Positions 45,197 through 56,500 of a DNA stretch of 64,000 nucleotides are shown here, one piece after another. Each line of letters starts with the position of its first letter. Position 1 is the stretch's first letter. Origin of the DNA: Naegleria gruberi (taxonomy: Eukaryota); the NCBI GenBank assembly GCA_000004985.1, contig GG738850.1; one strand, given 5' to 3'. The translations under genes were made by a program, and so were the position numbers. The notes under the pieces are model-generated. The model saw only the letters and a program-made list of their open reading frames with translations, was not told the origin of the DNA and ran no database searches.

Positions 45197-48100
45197 ATGA
45201 GTGGCACTTCCTGCAAAAACAAACAACTGACAGCGAATTTGCTCATCTCAGGGGAGTCCATCTCTAATGCTGTTATTTCCCATGAACACAGAGCAATTGC
45301 AAACGAACTTTGTCATCAAATTTTACAACAGGAAAATGTTGACTTGTTACAATTATTGAATTTTCAAAGGAATACAAATAATTATACAACAATGAATAAT
45401 AATTGTGGAGTTTCGGAACAAATAGGTGATGATGAAGGAGTTTCTAATCAAGGGGAGGCTCTAGTTTCGTCCAATTTATTATTGGAAGAAGGTAGTAGAA
45501 ATTCGAATAGTATTGATGGAAATAATGCGAATTCTGCTTCATTATCGTCGGAAGAATTGGATAGACTCGTCATGCCACCTCCTTCCATCAAATTAAGTCA
45601 AATTAATAGGAAAAACACTCAAAATTCCATCACGACTCCTTCATCTACCCTTTCGAATAATACTTTAAATTCTGTTGGGGCAGAATCTTTAAAACTTACA
45701 TTTTTAAATGAAAATTCTAATAGTGGAATGATAACAGGAGTGGAAATATGCATCTTGTCCAATACGAGTAATGAAATGATTTTTGTGGATCCAAATCTTG
45801 TCAAGTATTCGACAAGATTGCAAAACACATCATTGACAGGTGTAGATTCGTTAAATTCACCAGGTTTTAATGATAAGCTAATGTCTCCTCAATTTACAGG
45901 ACCTGTAAATGAGAATTCTCCTTCATTGATTGTTTCTCCTCGATTGAAGAATCAACATTCTAGGTGGTCAACTTATTACACGAGTGGAAGTACAGTTGGA
46001 TTGAGTGATTTTTTGAACACTTCTGTAAATTATGAAAATAGTGCTCTTTCCATTACTTCTTCCAATTCACTGAATAATAGTGCAATTAACAATGCATCAG
46101 AAACTAATCAGATTGTGCCCAGTGCATCTCTAATCAATTCCACAACTAATCAATCACCACTAGTGTCCCCACGAAATGGAGCAAACAATAGTTTCACATT
46201 CAATTCTTCTACTAGGAATTCTATAGTTCAGGATGAACCAAAGACGTCAACAGCTCCAAAACATCATCATCACACCATTAGCAGTTTAAACAAGAAGGAA
46301 TTTCAGCAATTTCTTCCTAGAGTCAGTTTACCAAATTATGGAGATATTTCTAGTGTTTTCAATTATTCAAATTTAGAAACTTTGAGTATGAGTGGAAATA
46401 GAACTTCATTCCATCTGGCATCTTCATCAGGAGGTGGCAATAGCAGTAGTGGACATGAAAATAACTTTTCAAAATCTTCATTCTTTAGCAAATCATTCAC
46501 TTTTGGAGGAGACAAGTATTCGAATGTTTCTATTGGAACAACAATGACATTTTCATCCATGATGGTTCCAAAAACATCACCCAGAGGTCAGGAAGCTAGA
46601 AGATTATCGAAAAATAACTTTTCCTTCTTTGGAAAACAATATATGAAAGAAGGTCAACAACAGCAACAATTAATTTCATCCACAAGTTCTGCAATTAATT
46701 TGAAAAAGGAAGAATCAATGCGGGAATCGATTGTGGAAGCATTCAGCGTTCAAGATATCATGTCAAGGAGATTTACAGATGGAGAGAATATTGAAAAATT
46801 CATGAATGGCAGAAGATCGACCACTAGTGAAATTCCAGATCATTCAGAATTACCTAGGAGAGGTTCTTCAGCAACTCCACTCCCATCTTCAACTGCTACT
46901 CAACCATCTACTGCCAAATCTCATATCAAGACTCTATCAACAGATGTAAAGAGGCAACACGAGAGAACTCCTTCCTCTCCTTTGGAAATTAACACTAGTC
47001 TGCTGGTTCCATCGAGCTCTTCTGGACAAATTCCTAAAACTCCAGAAAAGAAGAAATCCTCAAATATGTCCTCTAAGGTTAAGGAATTCTTCTCATCAAT
47101 TGGTAGAAGATCCAGAAAGAAATCGAATGCAGATTCGTTTGATCATTCTAATGATAGTTCATTACCTCCATCTCCTCCATTGAATAGTACAACGAAAATG
47201 ATAGGTCAAGAAACGAATCAAAACAGCTCAACAATGATGACTATTCCAACTTTACAGAGCTCAACTGATTTGATGGGAACAAGTCCATTCTCCAATCAAT
47301 CTCATAGCTCAACATCAACACCTCCAGTTCTATTGGATGGAAATATTCTCCTTTCTACAACACCAACCAGTACTGGATCAAGAGGAACTCTTGCAGACGA
47401 TGAGATTTCCAGTCATCATACTTTGGGAGGAAATACTCAATCAGCTCCTGCAATGACATGTACAACTAGCACTTCATTATCATCATCGCCACCTGCTTTA
47501 TCGACATTGAATGGGGCTACTCCTCTCATCGATGAAGTACATATTGACATGACAAGATCTAGAAGAGGAAGTGAAATTGAAACTCCAATCTCACCCAGTA
47601 GAAGAAGATCATCAATGAAGAAATCACCAAAGAGAAGAGAATCAATGCTCAGTAATCATACACCAGTTGTTTCTGAAATCGATCAAGGAAATTTGAAATA
47701 TCTAACCAATTTGATTGTCGATTTCAAAACTAGCTCACTTGCCTTTTCTAAACTTGTAGAAGAGTTTTCATTATTCGATTCTCTTGAAAAATCATCAGTT
47801 GATCCAGCATCTATCGTTCAGAGTCCTCTCTCAGTTGTGGAGGCACCAAGAGGAACCAAAAATCGAAGACCAACCTCAATGCACTACATTTCCAGTTCGA
47901 ATACTCCAATGGGAAGACTTTCGTCTGATTTATCCTACCTCTCTCAGCAACAATTACTCACACCAGTCACTTCAAATCCAACAATTTTCCATTGCATTAA
48001 TGAGAGAAGTAGTAATTTTTCACTCATCATTTTGAATGATATCACATTGTGTTTGTGGTACACTTTGGAAAATCAAAATCATCATGGAACTCTTTCAATC

Positions 48101-48283
48101 AAACAAAAATCTCTTTTATATGGTGGAAGTTTGGATGATAAATTGAAAGAAATTGGACTAAAGATTGAATACAAATTGAAGGAGGCCTTTGCGGCCAGCA
48201 AAGCATCAGATCACAAATCGTTAGGAGCTTTGAAGAGTAGCAAGTCAATGGAATTTAGTTTCTTCAATAAAAAAGTTCAATAA
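45197..48283 (+). CDS. Large Ser/Thr/Asn-rich low-complexity protein, hypothetical.
   Basis: Track ORF 45161..48283. The first true ATG is probably 45197 (aaaaaaaatATGagtggc). No recognisable domain. Confidence 0.5.
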   Translation: MSGTSCKNKQLTANLLISGESISNAVISHEHRAIANELCHQILQQENVDLLQLLNFQRNTNNYTTMNNNCGVSEQIGDDEGVSNQGEALVSSNLLLEEGSRNSNSIDGNNANSASLSSEELDRLVMPPPSIKLSQINRKNTQNSITTPSSTLSNNTLNSVGAESLKLTFLNENSNSGMITGVEICILSNTSNEMIFVDPNLVKYSTRLQNTSLTGVDSLNSPGFNDKLMSPQFTGPVNENSPSLIVSPRLKNQHSRWSTYYTSGSTVGLSDFLNTSVNYENSALSITSSNSLNNSAINNASETNQIVPSASLINSTTNQSPLVSPRNGANNSFTFNSSTRNSIVQDEPKTSTAPKHHHHTISSLNKKEFQQFLPRVSLPNYGDISSVFNYSNLETLSMSGNRTSFHLASSSGGGNSSSGHENNFSKSSFFSKSFTFGGDKYSNVSIGTTMTFSSMMVPKTSPRGQEARRLSKNNFSFFGKQYMKEGQQQQQLISSTSSAINLKKEESMRESIVEAFSVQDIMSRRFTDGENIEKFMNGRRSTTSEIPDHSELPRRGSSATPLPSSTATQPSTAKSHIKTLSTDVKRQHERTPSSPLEINTSLLVPSSSSGQIPKTPEKKKSSNMSSKVKEFFSSIGRRSRKKSNADSFDHSNDSSLPPSPPLNSTTKMIGQETNQNSSTMMTIPTLQSSTDLMGTSPFSNQSHSSTSTPPVLLDGNILLSTTPTSTGSRGTLADDEISSHHTLGGNTQSAPAMTCTTSTSLSSSPPALSTLNGATPLIDEVHIDMTRSRRGSEIETPISPSRRRSSMKKSPKRRESMLSNHTPVVSEIDQGNLKYLTNLIVDFKTSSLAFSKLVEEFSLFDSLEKSSVDPASIVQSPLSVVEAPRGTKNRRPTSMHYISSSNTPMGRLSSDLSYLSQQQLLTPVTSNPTIFHCINERSSNFSLIILNDITLCLWYTLENQNHHGTLSIKQKSLLYGGSLDDKLKEIGLKIEYKLKEAFAASKASDHKSLGALKSSKSMEFSFFNKKVQ

Positions 48284-48488
48284 TAATTTCTGCAATATTG
48301 CATTTTCATAGATCTTTTCGTATTTTATTCAAATTTAATTTTTATAATTATTTAAAATCCAAAAAAGAGCAAGTATGCAAGACAAAACAATAATGGAATC
48401 TATTTGGAAATCAAATAGATATCACCAAACATGTTGTAATTTAAAATAAAATTCTGTAAATAGCCCACAACCAATTTCCTCAAAAAAA

Positions 48489-49229
48489 ATGTTCACAACC
48501 AGCTCAACCAGTCCTATTTATGTATTGCTGCTCTGCGTCATCTTGATGATGGCAAGTAGCATGGTTACAGCTACATCCTTCCTCGGATCCACACTAAATG
48601 TAATGAACAAGATCCACAGTTCAGCCATCAAGATGGATGACTTTAAAAACTCTACCTTCCCTGAATATTCCTTCATCATGGGTGATTTCCAAACCTTTGA
48701 TATTCAAGATTCTAAATGTGTTGACGCCAATGCAACCTTTGTCAAGCTTCAAAGTTCTGGCAATTCCATTACCATTGCAACTGTCTACAGACCTAATGAT
48801 AAAATATTGATTAGAAATTGTGTGCAAGTGAAGGAAGATTATCATCTTTGTTCCATGTCAGTTGGTGCTGACTCAACTCCTGCATGTTTAAAGATTGATG
48901 ATGATATGAAAAGTGATGGAGAATTTAAAATGGCCATTAATTTGAATCCAATTGCATGTTTGGATCCAAGTTTTGATTTTAAACCAAAATGTGAGCTCAA
49001 TACTTTGGATGTAATTTCAATTTACAGTTATCCAGGAGAAAGTGCCACCAAATTGAGAAACTTTGTAGTGGTTGTTGTGTTGATTTTAGTATGCTTGTTT
49101 GTTTGTTGCATTGTTACGTGTGGTCTCGTTTTTTACTGTTGCATGATTAGAAGAAGAAAGCAAAAACTCATGAAAGGTAATATTAATGCTAGTAGACATG
49201 ATGCAACTGAATTGGTCGATGAAGAATAA
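48489..49229 (+). CDS. Type I membrane protein, hypothetical.
   Basis: Signal peptide 'MFTTSSTSPIYVLLLCVILMMASSMV'. TM 'FVVVVVLILVCLFVCCIVTCGLVFYCCMI'. Short basic tail. A-rich start context. Confidence 0.55.
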   Translation: MFTTSSTSPIYVLLLCVILMMASSMVTATSFLGSTLNVMNKIHSSAIKMDDFKNSTFPEYSFIMGDFQTFDIQDSKCVDANATFVKLQSSGNSITIATVYRPNDKILIRNCVQVKEDYHLCSMSVGADSTPACLKIDDDMKSDGEFKMAINLNPIACLDPSFDFKPKCELNTLDVISIYSYPGESATKLRNFVVVVVLILVCLFVCCIVTCGLVFYCCMIRRRKQKLMKGNINASRHDATELVDEE

Positions 49230-49251
49230 ATTATTGATTTGCTATTTCATA

Positions 49252-50430
49252 TTATTCCTCGTTCTCTTCTTCTTCGTCTTCTTCGTCTTCCTCGTCTTCA
49301 TCACTTGTGTTATCTTCTTGTGTTTGTCCAACATTGATTTCTTCATCAAATTCCTCTTCCTCTTCTTTAGTTTCATGAGGCGTTCTTAAAGAATTGGTAA
49401 GTAACACATCCAATTCCTTCAAATCACTATTATTCTTCAAAATTCTTCTACTTTTCAATAGAGAAGTGGTGATTGCCTTTCCATATGGATACGACAATTT
49501 AGTAATCTTGCAATTTGGGAATAAATATTTCAGAACTATTGCCATTGCCTTGTCGGCTTTCAATTTAAGGAATGAGCAGTCAAATTCCACTTTCTGAACA
49601 ATATATTGATCAGCATTCTCTTCCTCTTCTGAATTCTCCATAACAGAAATAGTCACTGATTTTAATTGTTTGGAATATCTTGTCACAATCTTGTATATTT
49701 GACTAATATTCACACAGAAAGCATCTGGATGGAACATTATCCTACCAAAATTAGGACTACAACTGAAAATAACATCCAACGATCCATAGACATTTAGTGG
49801 TCCATTCTCAGAATATCCATAAGTGGCATAAGAGAAATTCTCAATTACTTCCAACTCAGTCAATGCCAACTTTTCTTCACATCCACATTCTAAATCTGCA
49901 AAATCAAACACTCTCAACACCTCCAAGCTCGGTATCTTTTTCACAATCTTCCAAACTTGGTCAGAAAACACATATCCATAATACAAGTACTTGAGCTTTT
50001 TGAAATACTTTTCAATAAATGGCAAAAAGTAATAATCATCCATAAGCGGAATCCTCAATCTTTCCACTCTATTCAATTTACTCAAATTTTCATCATCTTC
50101 CTCTTCATCAGGAACAAACTCCCTCGCAAATTTCAAACTCCTCACCAAGGACATATTCGGAATGGCACGTTTCAATGGATACCTGACAATCACATCATTA
50201 AAACACTCACTCTCCGGATCAACCATTACTTCATGAAACATTTTCGAAACATGAACCAAATTGCAAACTCTCGTCTCCTTCGGAACAAATTGCAAAATAT
50301 GAATCAAGATTTCCCGAGGAATCTTTTCGATGAAATTATTAAATATGACGAGGTTTTCATCGTCATCTTCATTTGCTTTTGATTTTTTCCTCTTATTCGT
50401 TGGATTTGTTGTGCTTTCACGTTTTTTCAT
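49252..50430 (-). CDS. F-box-like protein with poly-acidic C-terminal tail (paralog A).
   Basis: 392 aa. 'EILIHILQFVPKETRVCNLVHVSKMFHEVM' is F-box-like. C-terminal tail 'DEDEEDEEDEEEENEE'. A-run precedes the ATG. Confidence 0.55.
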   Translation of the reverse strand: MKKRESTTNPTNKRKKSKANEDDDENLVIFNNFIEKIPREILIHILQFVPKETRVCNLVHVSKMFHEVMVDPESECFNDVIVRYPLKRAIPNMSLVRSLKFAREFVPDEEEDDENLSKLNRVERLRIPLMDDYYFLPFIEKYFKKLKYLYYGYVFSDQVWKIVKKIPSLEVLRVFDFADLECGCEEKLALTELEVIENFSYATYGYSENGPLNVYGSLDVIFSCSPNFGRIMFHPDAFCVNISQIYKIVTRYSKQLKSVTISVMENSEEEENADQYIVQKVEFDCSFLKLKADKAMAIVLKYLFPNCKITKLSYPYGKAITTSLLKSRRILKNNSDLKELDVLLTNSLRTPHETKEEEEEFDEEINVGQTQEDNTSDEDEEDEEDEEEENEE

Positions 50431-50562
50431 TTTTTTTTATTTTTTTTTTGAAATAAATTTTGGCGGGAAATTGATTTTGTAACGGAATTACCCTTAATCA
50501 TTGTTATTGTTGGAATTGGAGATTGTACAATGACAGAATAAAGATTTGAGAAATATTCAAAG

Positions 50563-51684
50563 TTAGAGTCCATCATCTTCTCCATCTTCATCATATTCTT
50601 CCTCTTCCTCATCATCCTCCTCTTCATCATCATCTTGATCGTCTTCATCTTCTGCAGCTTTGACGAGTAGATTTTCCAAAATTTGCAAATCATTCTCATG
50701 TTTCAAGATCTTTCTCTTTTCCAAAAGTTCTCTTGTAATTTTCTTTCCTTTTATGCTAGATTCCAAAATTGTAATTTCACAATTTGGAAATAAATATTTG
50801 AGAACAATTGCCATACTCTTGTTGGCTCTCACCGCGAGGAATGAACAATCGAAATCTATTTTTTGAACTTGATTTGGTTCAGAATCTGTATTAGGATCGA
50901 CATCTTCCAAAATGGAAAGAGTTATCAATTCCAATTGTTTCCAATGATCTGTAATAATCTTGTATAATAAACTTAAATTGATATAGAAAGAATCAGCATG
51001 GAATTGAATTCTTTCCAATTTAGGACAAGATTTGAATATACTTTGCACTGTTTTGTTAAAATTCAATGGTCCATTTTCATCATATCCATAAGTGGCATAT
51101 GAATAATCCATAACGACTTCCAAATCAGTCAAATTTAAATTTGCATTTTCAAATTCTGATTCTTCCAAATCTACAACCTTTAACACTTGCAAATTTGGTA
51201 ATTTCTGTAAAAGTTTCCATAATTCATCATTAAGTATTTGTCCAAAAAATAAATATTTTAAATTTGAAAAATAATTTTCTATAATTGGCAAGTATTCGAA
51301 ATCTTCTTGAAGTGGAATGTATAATTTTTCAATATTTAGTTTTTTTAAAGCTGCAAAATGTTTCTTTTCAACAAGAAAATTCTTTTTCATTTCCAAACAT
51401 TTCACAAGTGAAAAATTAGGAATTTTGTATTCGAAAGGAAACAAGACTAAAGTTTGATCAAAGAAACTGTTTTGTGGATTGTAGATTATTTGATGGAAAT
51501 TCTTGGAAACAAAAACCAAAGAATTTGTTAACGTTTCGGAAGGAACAAGACGAAATATTTCTATTAAAATTTCTTGTGGCACAGTTTCGAATAATTTTGG
51601 ATCAAACTTGATGAGCGGTTCATCATCATGGTTCAGTTTGGCTTTTTTAGAGGATTTTACATTATTTGCATTGTTTCGTTTCAT
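50563..51684 (-). CDS. F-box-like protein with poly-acidic C-terminal tail (paralog B, tandem to 49252-50430).
   Basis: 373 aa. 'QEILIEIFRLVPSETLTNSLVFVSKNFHQII'. Shares blocks with paralog A ('YSYATYGYDENGPLNF' versus 'FSYATYGYSENGPLNV'; 'MAIVLKYLFPNC' in both). C-terminal tail 'DDQDDDEEEDDEEEEEYDEDGEDD'. Confidence 0.55.
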   Translation of the reverse strand: MKRNNANNVKSSKKAKLNHDDEPLIKFDPKLFETVPQEILIEIFRLVPSETLTNSLVFVSKNFHQIIYNPQNSFFDQTLVLFPFEYKIPNFSLVKCLEMKKNFLVEKKHFAALKKLNIEKLYIPLQEDFEYLPIIENYFSNLKYLFFGQILNDELWKLLQKLPNLQVLKVVDLEESEFENANLNLTDLEVVMDYSYATYGYDENGPLNFNKTVQSIFKSCPKLERIQFHADSFYINLSLLYKIITDHWKQLELITLSILEDVDPNTDSEPNQVQKIDFDCSFLAVRANKSMAIVLKYLFPNCEITILESSIKGKKITRELLEKRKILKHENDLQILENLLVKAAEDEDDQDDDEEEDDEEEEEYDEDGEDDGL

Positions 51685-51936
51685 TTTTTAATAAATTGTA
51701 ACTTTAGAATATCTATCATCAATATTGCAATCAAGAAGGGGCTGATCTATCGCTGCTTACATTTATGTTGAATTGATTCTTAATATCCATTTACCTAATT
51801 GAGATTTCATTCATTAGCTAAACCTCCATATTGGATGACCTTCTAAATGAAACGAATCTGTAGTAGAACTTCTTTTAAGGATTTTCGGTTAGCTAGTAGA
51901 ATTTCCCAAATTATTGTAAACTGTTTATTCGAAAGT

Positions 51937-52589
51937 TTATTCATTGACAAGGACATTCGGCAGAACCAAAGATTCATTTTGTAAAGTTTCACCTTCGATC
52001 GATTTCAGTAATTCACTCATTGAAGGTAAAATAAAAGAATTGGAAAGTTGGGCATTAGAATAGGAAAATGGCTTTCGAATAATTGTCGAGCAGCTGACCG
52101 ATTGTTCGGTAATAATGGAAGGACTAATTGGTAGTACGTTAGTTGGCAATGATAATTGTTGTGGTTTCTCACAGTTGAAACAACATTCGAATAATGATCT
52201 TGCTTGACTCGTTTTGGAGGAGACGAAATTTGACTAAACTCAACAACTGTTGGACTATTATCTACTGAACATGCACTCATATTGGAAACTGATGTTGCAA
52301 CTGAAGAATTAGTCTTGTTTCGTTTACGTTTTTCTTTTGCTTCTTTCTTTCTGCTGACAACTAACTTTCCATTTTGGTTAACTTGACAGGTCTGCACATA
52401 GAAAAGACATTGTTTTTGATTTGATATTGGAGCTGTGAATGTGTTTGTTTGTTGGATTGTGAAGGTTTGATGAGGTGAGGAACTGCCACTTGTCATTTCT
52501 CTTCTTTTCAGGTTAGTATTATTTGATGGGGAGGAGAATTTATCGGTGGAAGATGTGAAACGATCTCTGGATGTGTAATTTGATGGCAT
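51937..52589 (-). CDS. Hypothetical S/T-rich basic protein (NLS-like 'RKKEAKEKRKRNK'). Probably has one small intron or frameshift near 52150.
   Basis: Track ORFs 52017..52589 and 51937..52149 are adjacent minus-strand ORFs in different frames. A-rich start context at 52589. Confidence 0.3.
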
Positions 52590-53548
52590 TTTGTTATTAG
52601 ATTAGGTTTCGAATAATTAGTTAGGTTTAGTTTGCAATACACACTAGTTTACCAGATTCTTCTTCTGATTCGAAATCGATTTCCTTGCTATATGAGAAAG
52701 GTAACAAGCAAGTGCTGTTGCGTTTGTTTTTTTAATGTTGTTTCTCACCGAATTTTATTCTAATCTAGTATGTATTGTAAGTCGACCTTCGCAATAATTT
52801 TAAATGGATAGTTCTGCAAATGGACTTTTTAAACAACCGAATTATTCCTCTCAAAGAGTTTGAGAATACAAATAAATGGATAAATAATTTGGCTTAGGAA
52901 AACAATTATTCGAAAGGTTTAGGATAAGACTTTGCAGTGACTCGCTCTGGTGAAAATTACTGTTGTATAAACATCTACTTTGGTCACTTAACCATAAAAT
53001 AGCTAGATAAAAACTAAACTTACCATAAAAAATTGACGAAATAGTTACCTAAACAGGAAGTGTATCACTTTACAATCCTGTTCAAAACAAATAAAGATTA
53101 AAATTGATAAAGCGGTGGTGTAGAGAAAACCTGCCAATAATAATGGTGATATCCTTACTTTGGAAGAGAAACATCACTACAGTTTAGTTTGCAGTGAAAA
53201 ATTATCAGAAAGTGATTCGTATTCGAATGCTATCACTTCAATATCCTCCATGAATTTTGAAAACGAATCCAAACTTTCCACCTGAAAAATTGATTCACCG
53301 CTTTTCGTCAGTGCAAAAATCTCACACTTGAAATTGATTCCACAAATTCACGTCCATATCCATATTTGGTATTGTTCATGGTTGCCCAAAAATACTAATA
53401 GTTTCCCATTCGAATGATAAAATATTTAAAATGGTTGACGTTTGCAAAATGACCTTTTTTGGTTTCTAACTTTTTAGAATTCATTTAATTCAATAAACGG
53501 TTATTCACTGTAGTTTTACAATTTTCTTTGAACTTTATTTAAATTTTG

Positions 53549-56500
53549 TTAAATAACGAACAAAATACAACCCAAAACAAAAATTAACACTGCTTTCGTA
53601 ACATTGCAAGAGGTAGCTGCCAATGAAACTGTTGGTATGATAATCTTTGGTAATTCAACAGTAACTCTTTCAATTGAAGTTCCATCGGCTGCAAATGTGG
53701 AAATTGAAGCAACTGGTGTTGAGCTAGTTCCAGAATTAACCTTAACTTTCATTGTGATGGTGTAACTTGCTGGTGAGAGAGTTTGACCGAGAGTTGCATT
53801 CAATTTGTTGGAGGCATCAACATTCATTGAAGTAAATTGAATGACAATACCTTTTGAATCTGTTATAATGAAATTATCTGAAAGTGCACGTTTACTTTCA
53901 GATGTAAGTGTGAATGCTGCAGGAAGTGACATGACCAATGAACCTCCCATTGGAATTGGCTTTGTAATCACCATGGCTGTCTTGACACTCACCATTCCAC
54001 CAACAGGAACATAGGCAGTAGTACTTGTTTGTGGAGTAACAGGATTAATTGGATTGGTAGAATTATTGTTTGTAGAATTTGTGTTGGAGGTGTTATTGGC
54101 AATGGTTGAATTGTTGGTGGATGTACCATTGTTAACTACTGGATTAGTGGATGAATTAGTGGAATTGTTTCCATTATTGTTAATGACATTGTTGTTTGGA
54201 TTTGTGGAATTTGAATTGGTAGTATTGGAAGTGGATGTGTTGTTTCCATTCATTGAATTATTTCCACCAGAATCTGTTGTATTAGTTGTTGATGTATTAT
54301 TTGTTACAATAGAACTGTTACTATTTGTGGAGGAATTATCAACATTTGTACCATTACTAATAATTGAGTTATTTCCACTTGTTGTATTATCAACATTAGT
54401 ATTGTTACCATTGTTAACATTTGTATTATTACTGGCATTGGTATTATTGCTAGATGTAGTAGAATTGTCTACATTTGTGCTATTATTTCCATTGTTAACG
54501 TTAGTATTGTTATTGATGTTAGTGTTATTGCTGTTAGTAGTAGAATTATCAATATTTGTATTGTTATTATTATTAACATTAGTATTATTACTATTTGTGG
54601 AGGAATTATCCACATTAGTATTATTATTATTAGCATTGGTAGAATTATCAAAGTTAGTGTTATTATTACTACTACTTGTTGAATTATCAACATTAGTAGC
54701 ATTATTATTAAGACCTGGATCAGTATTATTATTCGAAGGAGAATCATTGACTGAAGATACAGTAAAAGTACCAGTGCTCTTAACAGTTAATATATAACTA
54801 CCACTGGATTGATCTTGTGTTGCAGTGCAGGTATCATCTGCAACATAATCACCAACAGAATCGTCCCATTTCAAACATTGATAAGTGGTTGTTGAAATTG
54901 TTCTCAATCCACGCAATTTTCTTGTAGAGCTACTGATTGAGGAATCAATTTGTAACTCGGCAATGCTTTCGGTATGATTCACATTCAATGCTTGATTCAA
55001 GTGTGAAATGACAAATTCAACAGCATTGGCCAATGCCTTGGAACAATTTGGTTTGAAAACATTAAGAGTAATATCAACTGAATCAGTAACATTGGACAAA
55101 GTTTGTAATAGATTGAACTTTTCACTCAATTTGAAACCATTTTTACCAGATATAGTTTCATTCAATCCATTTAAGAACGACTTGGTAACCTTTCTTCCGT
55201 AGGCCTTAACATCCTTATTAAGTAAAATAGTGGCTGGCATATCTGGAACCTTTTGATTTGAAGCAATATTGACCAATGAAGTATAAACTTGTTTAAGTTT
55301 TTCAGTTGGTTTCTCAGTTTTCAATTTTGAAGGTAAAATAGATCTGACACTTGAAGTAGTAAACAAAGTATCAGCTACTTGTTGAGTTTGTGTAAGAGTT
55401 TCATCAGATACTGGAATTGAACTATCCAGAGCTGTTGTTGTAGTTGAAATTAAAGTATCAGCAATTAAATTTGAAGTGTTTGATGACATCATGTCCATAT
55501 TTTCAGTTGCAATATCCAAAATAGTTGCTGTTGAAGCAACAAGAGATTCGGTTGGACTAGTAATAGATGCTTCTTGTTGAGTATTATTCAACATGGTGTT
55601 AATAACTGAATCAGCAACTTGAGCCAATTCTTGTTGAACCGTTTCACTGTCATTTGATTGAGAGTAATTAGCATTGGCAATGGATTGAATTAAAGCAGCA
55701 CCATCTGAAACTGGAATATTACTTTGATCAGCAATAGCATTTGCAGTTGCAACAGTTTCGTCCAAAGTTGCCTCGGTAACATTTACAGTTGTAATGGCAC
55801 TCGAAGAAGCACCCATTGCATCATAGACAGTTACTGATACTTCATTCACACCTACGATACCCAACTTTAATGAATAGAAACTAGTCTCAGAACGTGACGA
55901 AACAATGGTCCTTACTGAATTGGAATTTGGACCTCTTGTACTAAATTCATAAGTTAATGGAAGTTGCGCATCAGTCCAACCATTACCACATGAAACCTTA
56001 AAATCTGTCAATAGGGAAACACCAGAGCTTGGCTCAACGAGTAATTCACCAACTGTTGGTGGTGAGTTCACAGTGAAGAACACTTCAGCAGTACCTTCTT
56101 TATCGATAGTTGTGTTTCCAATAATAACAGTATCCTTAATGGTAATCTTCATTTCATTGGAGCTACCTGGAGTTAATAATTTTGATGGAATGATAATGTA
56201 TGCCTTTGTTACTTCCACACCAGTTAAATCAATCGATGAAGATTCCCATAAGAATGATTTGGAATCACTGAGTACAACTGGTTGAATTAACAATGCTCTC
56301 AAAACCAAATCCTTTGATGGATTGACAACTGATAAATCAACGCCGTCCATAGGCATAATTGACGAGGTAATAACAGTGTCCTTTGAAATTTCCAAAACGG
56401 TAACCTTAAGAGAATCAGTAGCAGTTCTGTTTTGCTTTCTATAAGTAACAGTGAAAAGATAGGAACCAGGATCCATTAATTGACTCATTTTCATGGTATT

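Noticed and set aside
52840-52870. Perfect 7-bp hairpin 'tctcaaaGAGtttgaga' in the 1-kb intergenic region upstream of the giant surface-protein gene.
   Set aside because: Short palindromes are expected by chance in AT-rich DNA. No flanking conserved motif or repeated occurrence was seen.
54054-54797. 247-aa plus-strand ORF (L/V-rich) and several other 60-110-aa ORFs antisense to large genes (e.g. 3000-3341, 6649-7479, 10831-11883, 17579-18031, 37896-38460, 57950-58524).
   Set aside because: They overlap strongly supported long genes on the opposite strand. They are low-complexity mirror translations of N/S/T-rich repeats and lack the A-run start context.
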